NCBI GenBank assembly: GCA_948907985.1
Contig: CAQWMM010000002.1
Coordinates: 7,660-71,659 of the forward strand
Length of the DNA: 64,000 bases
Direction of reading: 5' to 3'
From: an uncultured Bacillota bacterium
GTDB taxonomy: Bacteria > Bacillota > Dehalobacteriia > UBA4068 > UBA4997
Translations under genes and position numbers: made by a program
Shown here: positions 36,170-42,903 of the stretch, piece by piece
Numbering within the stretch: the first letter of the stretch is position 1
Layout: each line of letters starts with the position of its first letter
The notes under the pieces: model-generated
Seen by the model: the letters and a program-made list of their open reading frames with translations, nothing else
What the model was told of the DNA's origin: nothing
Database searches by the model: none

Positions 36170-38250
36170 TGGCCAGAGATTTATTGTTTGAAATTGGCAT
36201 TGAAGAAATCCCGGCGCGGTTTATGGAGCCGGCGCTGAAACAGCTGCGCGAACTGACGCAGGCGGCGTTGGCCCAGGCCGGGCTGGCTTATGAGGATATG
36301 CAGACCTACGGCACGCCGCGGCGCATTGCCCTGCTGATTGAAAATCTGGCGGAGATGCAGCCGGACAGCCAGACCGAGAGCAAAGGCCCGGCGCTTAAGG
36401 CCGCTTATGGGCCGGACGGCGCGCCTAGCAAGGCGCTGCTGGGTTTTTGCCGCGGCCAGGGGATTGACCCGGAACAGGTTTTGCAAAAGGAAATTAAGGG
36501 CGTGCAGTACGTTTACGCTGTTAAAGAGGTTAAAGGCCGGCCCACGGCAGAACTGCTGCCCGCCATGCTGGAGGAAATTGTGCATAAGCTGTATTTCCCC
36601 AAGCCGATGCGCTGGGGCAGCCAGGAAATGCGCTTTGCCCGGCCGATTCGCTGGCTGGTGCTGCTTTTCGGCACAGAGGTTCTGCCGCTGGAGATTGCCG
36701 GGGTCAAAGCCGGGCGCGTAACCCGCGGCCATCGTTTCCTGGGCAGCGGCCAGGCCGAGATTAAGGAGCCGGCGGCTTATTTAATGACGCTGCAAAATGA
36801 ATATGTGATTGCTGACCAAAACCTGCGCCGCGAAAAAATCTGGACGCAGATTCAGGCGGTGGCCAAGGTGGCCGGGGGTATGGTTAAACCGGATGAGGAG
36901 CTGCTTTCCGAGCTGGTTTATATTCTGGAATATCCCACCGCGCTTTTGGGCAGCTTTGACGCTAAATATCTGGCAATTCCGGAGGAGTTGGTGGTAACGC
37001 CGATGCGCGAACACCAACGCTATTTCCCGGTTTATGACGCGACCGGCCAAAAACTGCTGCCGCATTTTATCACGGTGCGCAACGGTAACAGCGAACATTT
37101 GGATATTGTCCGCGCCGGCAATGAAAAGGTGCTGGCGGCGCGGCTGGCCGACGCGGAATTTTTCTGGCAGGAAGACTGCGCCCATAAGCTGGAAGATAAT
37201 CTGCCCCGTCTGGAACATATCGTTTTCCACGAAAAACTGGGCACGCTGGCCGCTAAGGTGCGGCGGGTGCAAACTCTGGCCGGGCATATTGCCGCCAAAC
37301 TGGTCTTCAGTGAAACCGATAAAGCGGATACGCAGCGCGCCGCGCAGTTGATGAAGTGTGATTTGGTTTCTAACGCGGTTTATGAGTTTACGGAGTTGCA
37401 AGGCATTATGGGCGAATATTACGCCTGCCATGACGGCGAGCCGGCGCAGGTGGCGCAGGCTATCCGCGAGCATTATCTGCCCCGCTTTGCCGGTGACGCT
37501 CTGCCGCAGACTAAGGCGGGTATTGCGCTGGCGCTGGCCGACCGTCTGGACAGTCTGGTTGGTTTCTTTGGCCAGAATCTTATTCCCACCGGTTCGCAGG
37601 ATCCTTACGCCCTGCGCCGCGCGGCGATCGGCGTAACCCAGATTTTGCTGCAAAATAAGCTTTCGCTTAATTTGCAATGGCTTTGCCAAAAGGCTTACGG
37701 GCTTTATACCGGTATTGAGATGGTGAATGACGAGGCGGCGACGCTGGCGGCGATTGCCAATTTCTTCCGGCAGCGTTTGGAGAACGTGTTAGGCGACGAG
37801 GGCGTGGCCTATGACGTGATTAACGCGGTGGCCGGTCTGCCGCTGATTTGCCCGCTGTATAATTATCAAAAGGCGCATGCCCTGGCCGATTTTAAGCGGG
37901 ACGCCGATTTTGCCCAACTGATGGCGGCATACGGGCGGGCGGCTAACTTGCTGAAGAACGCCGGACCGGCTGGCGAGCCGGACGCCAAACTGTTTGTGGA
38001 GCCGGCCGAGGGCGAACTTTACGCGGCTCTGCGCGCAGCTAATTCCAAGGTGCTTTCAGCCATAGCCAAGCGGGATTATTTGGCAGCCCTGCGGGATTTG
38101 GCGGCGGTGCGCCCGCAGTTAGACGCCTTTTTTGAGGCCGTGCTGGTGATGGCCGAGGACGAGGCGGTGCGCGCTAACCGTTTGGCTCTGCTGCAAATGC
38201 TGGTGAGCATGACGGCGGAGTTGGGCGACCTTTCCGCTTTGGTGAATTAA
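36169..38250 (+). CDS. glyS: glycine--tRNA ligase subunit beta
   Basis: [18 protein letters not shown] is a typical GlyS N-terminus. TAATG overlap with glyQ. The track start at 36058 lies inside glyQ. Confidence 0.95.
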   Translation: MARDLLFEIGIEEIPARFMEPALKQLRELTQAALAQAGLAYEDMQTYGTPRRIALLIENLAEMQPDSQTESKGPALKAAYGPDGAPSKALLGFCRGQGIDPEQVLQKEIKGVQYVYAVKEVKGRPTAELLPAMLEEIVHKLYFPKPMRWGSQEMRFARPIRWLVLLFGTEVLPLEIAGVKAGRVTRGHRFLGSGQAEIKEPAAYLMTLQNEYVIADQNLRREKIWTQIQAVAKVAGGMVKPDEELLSELVYILEYPTALLGSFDAKYLAIPEELVVTPMREHQRYFPVYDATGQKLLPHFITVRNGNSEHLDIVRAGNEKVLAARLADAEFFWQEDCAHKLEDNLPRLEHIVFHEKLGTLAAKVRRVQTLAGHIAAKLVFSETDKADTQRAAQLMKCDLVSNAVYEFTELQGIMGEYYACHDGEPAQVAQAIREHYLPRFAGDALPQTKAGIALALADRLDSLVGFFGQNLIPTGSQDPYALRRAAIGVTQILLQNKLSLNLQWLCQKAYGLYTGIEMVNDEAATLAAIANFFRQRLENVLGDEGVAYDVINAVAGLPLICPLYNYQKAHALADFKRDADFAQLMAAYGRAANLLKNAGPAGEPDAKLFVEPAEGELYAALRAANSKVLSAIAKRDYLAALRDLAAVRPQLDAFFEAVLVMAEDEAVRANRLALLQMLVSMTAELGDLSALVN

Positions 38251-38261
38251 AGGAGATTTTT

Positions 38262-38852
38262 ATGCTGCACAATTTTATTGCTATTGTGAGCGTTTTCGCG
38301 GTGTTGGCAACGATGTTTGAGCGGGTGTTTCGGCAAAAGCGGCGGGGTATCAAGGCCAACCTGCTTTGCCGGCACCATATTATGGAGTTTGTGATTTACC
38401 CCTATGTGCTGCTGCTGGCCTATCACGTTTTGGCATATAGCTTTGGCTGGCCGCAGATTTGGGGCGCGGCGCTGAATACGATTCTGATCCCCTGGGGCTG
38501 GCTGGACTGGGTTGGCGATTTGCTCTGCCTGATTGGTATTTTTATCTTTGTCTGGTGTATTCAGTCCTTTGGCGCGGCCTTTCGGCTGGGCGTGGACTAT
38601 GAAAACCCGCAGCCGCTGATTACCACCGGCATTTATGCCTATACCCGCAACCCCATGTATGTGGCTTATGATTTGATTACGCTGGGGCTTTTCCTGATTT
38701 ATCCCACGCCGTTGTTTTTCATCTTCGGTTTGGGCTGCTGGTCAATCTTCTTCCGCCAGACTACTATTGAAGAGGCCTTTCTGCGTAAATACCATGGCGC
38801 GGCCTTTGAGGAATATTGCAGCAGGGTTGGCCGGTTCTTCAAAGAATTTTAG
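38262..38852 (+). CDS. isoprenylcysteine carboxyl / phospholipid methyltransferase family membrane protein
   Basis: Polytopic protein with the TTGIYAYTRNPMY motif characteristic of the ICMT/PEMT family. AAAGGAG SD. Confidence 0.65.
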   Translation: MLHNFIAIVSVFAVLATMFERVFRQKRRGIKANLLCRHHIMEFVIYPYVLLLAYHVLAYSFGWPQIWGAALNTILIPWGWLDWVGDLLCLIGIFIFVWCIQSFGAAFRLGVDYENPQPLITTGIYAYTRNPMYVAYDLITLGLFLIYPTPLFFIFGLGCWSIFFRQTTIEEAFLRKYHGAAFEEYCSRVGRFFKEF

Positions 38853-38897
38853 GAGCTGCCCGGGGGCCTGCGCAATTATAAAGAAACAGGTGTAAAA

Positions 38898-39491
38898 ATG
38901 ATTTCAGCAATTTATGACCGACGAAGTATCCGAAAATTTTTGCCCCGTCCGCTTGCGGAAAGCGATATTATAGATATTTTGCAAAGCGGCATTGTGGCTC
39001 CGTCTTCCAAAAACCGTCAGCCCTGGAAGTATATTGTGGCGCAGGGCGCGGCCAAAGATGAGGCATTGCAGGCTTTTTATAAGGGCATTAGCCGGGAAGA
39101 AAAGCAAACCGCGCTGCTGCCGCAGAGCCGGCAGTATCTGGAATCGGCCAAGCGTACGGTTGCGATAATGGCGGAGGCTCCGGTTATAATTTTTGTTGAA
39201 AACACATTGGGCAAAAATATTCTGGCAGAGTTTACGCCGGAAGAACACATCAATGAAATTTGCAACATTCAGTCAATCAGCGCGGCAATCGAAAATATGC
39301 TTTTGACGGCTGTTGATAAGGGCATTGGCGGCCTTTGGATCGGCGATATATTTTTCGCTTACCCCGAATTGTGCGCCTGGCTGCACAGCGACGGTCAGCT
39401 TATCGCGGCGCTGGCCTTTGGTTATCCGGCGGAGTCGCCGCCGGCCAGGCCTCGCAAAAAGCTGGCAGATGTTGTGGTATGGAGAAATTAA
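38898..39491 (+). CDS. nitroreductase family protein
   Basis: RRSIRKF near the N-terminus, SSKNRQPW, and a C-terminal GYP...RPRK pattern. Confidence 0.8.
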   Translation: MISAIYDRRSIRKFLPRPLAESDIIDILQSGIVAPSSKNRQPWKYIVAQGAAKDEALQAFYKGISREEKQTALLPQSRQYLESAKRTVAIMAEAPVIIFVENTLGKNILAEFTPEEHINEICNIQSISAAIENMLLTAVDKGIGGLWIGDIFFAYPELCAWLHSDGQLIAALAFGYPAESPPARPRKKLADVVVWRN

Positions 39492-39502
39492 TGAATTTAA
39501 GA

Positions 39503-39532
39503 CAGCCCTTTCCGGTTAGACGGAAAGGGCTG
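39503..39532. repeat. terminator-hairpin family, copy 1 (after the nitroreductase gene)
   Basis: cagccctttccg-gttaga-cggaaagggctg. About 85 percent or more identical by eye to the copies at 40351 and 41016. Confidence 0.7.
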
Positions 39533-39593
39533 CTTTGCAATATATATAAAACTTGCGATGTAATATAACAGTTTCAATTCGCTTAGTGTTCGG

Positions 39594-39887
39594 TTACTTC
39601 TGCTGTTCTTGGGTTTGCGGGCCGGCGGAAGTAATAAATATAGCGTTGGCGGCGGAATCCCATTCAACCTGCATTTGCAAAGCCTCCGGCACGGTGCGCA
39701 CCGGCAGATAAATTATGCCGTTAATGGTAACCGGCGCGGCGTTTTGCGTGGAAATTTGAATACCGTTTATTATGATTTTGGTGTTGTTATAGGTTGCCAA
39801 AACCTGCCTTGAGGGGTTGCCTTTAGGCATAGCTATTGCTAGCAGCAAAAATATGCAAATTATGGTAAGGAGTAATTCACTTTTCAT
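39594..39887 (-). CDS. small secreted copper amine oxidase N-terminal-like (stalk) domain protein
   Basis: Signal/TM segment MKSELLLTIICIFLLLAIA, then INGIIYLPVRTVPEALQMQVEWDS, the stalk-domain motif. Confidence 0.6.
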   Translation of the reverse strand: MKSELLLTIICIFLLLAIAMPKGNPSRQVLATYNNTKIIINGIQISTQNAAPVTINGIIYLPVRTVPEALQMQVEWDSAANAIFITSAGPQTQEQQK

Positions 39888-40049
39888 TTTGGGAGTGTTC
39901 CTTTGTTTGTTAAACTATAATTTGGAAGATTTTTGGTTTTTTTGTTTATTAGTATAGCAGCTTAAACTTCTGATGTCAATTATTTTATCAAAAAAGTTAG
40001 CGAAACATCATTTTAGTTGGGTATAATTATCATTGGGGAGTGATGTTGT

Positions 40050-40334
40050 TTGTTAGCTGATAAAATAAAATCTCTACGCAAGGCCAGAGGTTGGACGCAG
40101 GCAGAGCTTGGCCAAAAAGTTTCTTTAAGCAGAACTGGCATAAACGCCTGGGAACAGGGCCTTTCTATGCCGTCTACGGCAATGCTGGTGGAATTGGCGA
40201 AAGTTTTTGCGGTTTCTACCGATTATCTGTTGGGGCTGGATAGCGTAGCGGTTATCGACGTTTCCGGCTTGGCAGAAAGAGATGTGGCTATTCTGGCCGA
40301 ACTGGCAGAGCGTTTGCGGCAAAATAAAAATTAA
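40050..40334 (+). CDS. XRE-family helix-turn-helix transcriptional regulator
   Basis: 94 aa with the HTH WTQAELGQKVSLSRTGINAWEQG. TTG start is 9 nt after GGGGAG. Confidence 0.8.
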   Translation: MLADKIKSLRKARGWTQAELGQKVSLSRTGINAWEQGLSMPSTAMLVELAKVFAVSTDYLLGLDSVAVIDVSGLAERDVAILAELAERLRQNKN

Positions 40335-40350
40335 AATTGGGTATATTAAA

Positions 40351-40383
40351 AGCAGCCTTTTCCGTTTAAGCGGAGGGGCTGCT
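40351..40383. repeat. terminator-hairpin family, copy 2 (after the XRE gene)
   Basis: agcagccttttccg-tttaag-cggaggggctgct, followed by ttgg. Confidence 0.7.
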
Positions 40384-40457
40384 TTGGCATTTTATATCTT
40401 GTAAAAAAATTTGTTGAATGTTATAATTAGAAAAATACAAATTGATGAGGACAATTT

Positions 40458-40838
40458 ATGCAGTATATTTGTCGGCTGGATAAAAAGCTATACAGTTGTG
40501 TGTCTGAAAATATCATTAGTGATGATGTTGTTATAACAGATAAGCAGATTCAACATATTATGGGGCGTCATCCAGGTGATTATGAGAAGTACGCAGTTTG
40601 GTTTCAGATGATTATTGAAAGTCCGGATTATATTTTAGAGGCTAATAAACCAAATACCGCTGTCATTCTTAAAGAGATTCAATATAATCAAACCGAATTT
40701 TTTAAAACTATACTGCGGTTAGTTACATCAACTGATAATCCTTATTATAAAAATTCTATTATAACATTTATGAAAATTGATAAACAGGATTGGAATAGAT
40801 TATTAAGAAATAAAAAAATTCTTTACAAAAGAGAATAA
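40458..40838 (+). CDS. hypothetical protein, possibly a BECR-fold (PBECR-like) nuclease/toxin
   Basis: 126 aa in a low-GC region, with its own promoter TTGTAA-17-TATAAT and a GAGGA SD. ITDKQIQHIMGRHPGDYEKY recalls the I.HI..RHP..YE signature I associate with phage Barnase-EndoU-ColicinE5/D-RelE-like nuclease domains. Unverified. Confidence 0.3.
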   Translation: MQYICRLDKKLYSCVSENIISDDVVITDKQIQHIMGRHPGDYEKYAVWFQMIIESPDYILEANKPNTAVILKEIQYNQTEFFKTILRLVTSTDNPYYKNSIITFMKIDKQDWNRLLRNKKILYKRE

Positions 40839-40850
40839 AGGAGTTATAAT
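40822..40850 (+). promoter_or_regulatory. sigma-A type promoter overlapping the 3' end of the 40458 ORF
   Basis: TTTACA (40822-40827), 17-nt spacer, TATAAT (40845-40850). Confidence 0.4.
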
Positions 40851-40857
40851 ATAAATA

Positions 40858-41010
40858 TAATAGATTGAGCGCTTGAGGTGGAAGATTTCGTACAGTCCAC
40901 ACGCCGCTGGTACAGACAATGCCTGATGGGCATGAGAGATGCAGGAGAATTGTACGCCTGCCAAGTGCTAAATCTAAAAGGGAGCTATCAGTGGACAGCT
41001 CCCTTTTCTT
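40858..41010 (+). ncRNA. candidate structured sRNA (about 150 nt), family unknown
   Basis: Closing stem agcgcttg (40868-40875) / caagtgct (40962-40969) encloses three hairpins: gtgga/tccac at 40878-40900, atgcc/ggcat at 40919-40933 and gcagg/cctgc at 40941-40961. An intrinsic terminator aagggagct/agctccctt plus Ts follows at 40978-41010. No SD-led ORF, and no downstream + strand gene. Confidence 0.35.
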
Positions 41011-41015
41011 ATGAT

Positions 41016-41053
41016 AAAGCAGCCTTTTCCGGTTGAACGGAAAGGGCTGCTTT
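41016..41053. repeat. terminator-hairpin family, copy 3 (bidirectional, between the sRNA candidate and the DUF4180 gene)
   Basis: aaagcagccttttccg-gttgaa-cggaaagggctgcttt, a 16-bp stem flanked by A-run and T-run. Confidence 0.75.
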
Positions 41054-41058
41054 TAGTA

Positions 41059-41427
41059 TTATTTGGCTTGGGCCAATTTGGCTATGGCCTCTTCTGGCGT
41101 GGCGACAAAAAATACGTTTTGCCCCTGGTTGGACTCATAAATAAAATCGTGCAGGGGCTTGCTGGTGTAATGTGAGTAGTCGCCATAAATAGCAATTTTT
41201 ATTTGATAATTGATGAATTTTTGCAGAATTTCGCCGGCCAGACCGCTGCTTAGCACAAAAAAATCTTCTGCCAGGTGATGTTTGGCGAAAACTATTCTTC
41301 GTGCATCGGCTGCATATTTGGCGGACATTGCCAAATCTAAGGCAGATTGACTGTCGTTAATTAGTAAATCCGGGCTGTTGATTACAGCAATATTAACGCC
41401 GTTCTCGACTATTTTTTCAATTTGCAT
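41059..41427 (-). CDS. DUF4180 domain protein
   Basis: 122 aa. The pattern ...ENGVNIAVINSPDLLINDSQSALDLA...IVFAKHHLAEDFF.LSSGLAGEILQKF.NY matches my recollection of DUF4180. Confidence 0.55.
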   Translation of the reverse strand: MQIEKIVENGVNIAVINSPDLLINDSQSALDLAMSAKYAADARRIVFAKHHLAEDFFVLSSGLAGEILQKFINYQIKIAIYGDYSHYTSKPLHDFIYESNQGQNVFFVATPEEAIAKLAQAK

Positions 41428-41446
41428 TTATAATTACTCCTTTATT

Positions 41447-41698
41447 TCAGCCTTGCAGGCCGCGCGCTTGTCTGTCCATATCCTCGATAACAATATCAAA
41501 AATTTCGCCAAGGCTGGCGCAGTATTCCAGCACTTGCCAGGGCTGGTTGGTGTGGAAGTGGATCTTGATCAGTTTATCGTCGCCTACCGCCAGCAGGCAG
41601 TCGCCCTGGAAATGGCTGATAAAATATTCGCTGATAGCCGTTTCGTCCAGTTTCTCGCCCTCAATTAAAAGTTGGGTGTCATATCTAAATTCAGTCAT
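41447..41698 (-). CDS. small protein resembling the middle domain of FakA/YloV (DAK2-fusion) proteins
   Basis: 83 aa. GDCLLAVGDDKLIKIHFHTNQPWQVLEYCASLGEIFDIVIEDMDRQ resembles the GDS..vv.d...vkvHvHTn.P...ieNM..Q segment of FakA. Recalled similarity only. Confidence 0.4.
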   Translation of the reverse strand: MTEFRYDTQLLIEGEKLDETAISEYFISHFQGDCLLAVGDDKLIKIHFHTNQPWQVLEYCASLGEIFDIVIEDMDRQARGLQG

Positions 41699-41903
41699 AA
41701 TAGTTTGCTCCTTTTTTTGCGTTGTCAGCTAAGGCGTTCGGGGTGATTACCGGCTGGCCTTTTTCATCAAGCAGCGGGGTCAGGCCGCCGGCCTGTCCGG
41801 AGGTCATAAAAAGGTAATTCACACCGGTTACGGTGTCCACCAGAATTTCCGCAGTGCTAATGCTGCCTTGGATATAAATGCGTTTAAAGCGTTTTTCTTT
41901 CAT
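41691..41903 (-). CDS. DUF6440-like small protein
   Basis: 70 aa. KRFKRIYIQGSISTAEILVDTVTGVNYLFMTSGQAGGLTPLLDEKGQPV matches my recollection of DUF6440. Overlaps the next gene by 8 nt. Confidence 0.5.
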   Translation of the reverse strand: MKEKRFKRIYIQGSISTAEILVDTVTGVNYLFMTSGQAGGLTPLLDEKGQPVITPNALADNAKKGANYYD

Positions 41904-41918
41904 TATAGCTCTTTCCTC

Positions 41919-42731
41919 CTAAAATTTGATTTGCAGGCCGACTTGCAGCTGAAAAACTTTTTCGCCCAACTCCTGCCGCAGAATATCAAAGGCGGGCTGG
42001 CCGGTGCAGTGGCCGGTATAGACGGCCTGCAAGTTCATCTGGCGCAGACGGCGGGCCAGACTGCGCACATCGTCGGCGCTGCGCTGATAAAGATGAAAAC
42101 CGCCGATCAGCATCCGCGCTGGCCGCCCAAGCTGCCGGCAGGCCTCGTTGACGATATTTTCCACTCCGCCATGCGAACAGGAATTGAAAATCACCAGCCC
42201 GTCCGGCGTGTCGAAAACCAGGCTTTGTTCGTGGGCAAAATCGTCCGGCTGCCAACCGCCGTCGGGTTGCCTGCAATACATTTGGGCCAGACGGCCCTGC
42301 TCCGCCAGATTGGGCGTGGCGTGGGGCAGCAGATAGACCTTGTCTAGCAGTTGATAAACGCCGTCCACAAACTCCAGCCGGTTGGCAAAATCTTGCAGAA
42401 TATCTGGCCTGATACCAATGTATTTATATTCGCCTTCGGCAATTTTATAGCAATTGGCCGCCGCCTGCCGGCGCAGGTATAACCTGGCGCGGCTGTTCTG
42501 CTGGAAAAAATCCGCCAGACCGTCGGCGTGATCATAGTGGGCGTGGGATAAAACCGCCGCGTCCACCGCTGCGATATCCAGCCCCAGGGCGGCGGCGTTG
42601 CTTAGAAAAAGGCCGCTGGCGCCGGCGTCCAGCAACAGCCGTTTGGGGCCGGCGGCGATATAAACGCTTAAGCCCCATTCGCCGGGCAGCTCCTCCTGTC
42701 CAATATTATCTACTAAAACTGTCGCCTGCAT
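41919..42731 (-). CDS. MBL-fold metallo-hydrolase (COG1237-like)
   Basis: 270 aa with SHAHYDHADG (HxHxDH) and later CSHGG motifs. Confidence 0.75.
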   Translation of the reverse strand: MQATVLVDNIGQEELPGEWGLSVYIAAGPKRLLLDAGASGLFLSNAAALGLDIAAVDAAVLSHAHYDHADGLADFFQQNSRARLYLRRQAAANCYKIAEGEYKYIGIRPDILQDFANRLEFVDGVYQLLDKVYLLPHATPNLAEQGRLAQMYCRQPDGGWQPDDFAHEQSLVFDTPDGLVIFNSCSHGGVENIVNEACRQLGRPARMLIGGFHLYQRSADDVRSLARRLRQMNLQAVYTGHCTGQPAFDILRQELGEKVFQLQVGLQIKF

Positions 42732-42903
42732 AAAATATCACCTCATTTTTTACGATAATAATATTTTAACATAAATTGAGCCTGAAGAAAAGCTTTTTCT
42801 GTATGGCGAATCGAAAGTGATTATGGCGCCTCAGGCAGGTTTATGCGGATTTTTGCCGAAATATAAACGGAAATAATATGAGGGATATTAGGAGGCTGCC
42901 AGA

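Noticed and set aside
40919-41015. 31-codon ORF (MPDGHERCRRIVRLPSAKSKRELSVDSSLFL) inside the sRNA candidate
   Set aside because: No SD precedes the ATG at 40919. The frame runs through the terminator hairpin, and the composition is not peptide-like. The RNA interpretation is preferred.
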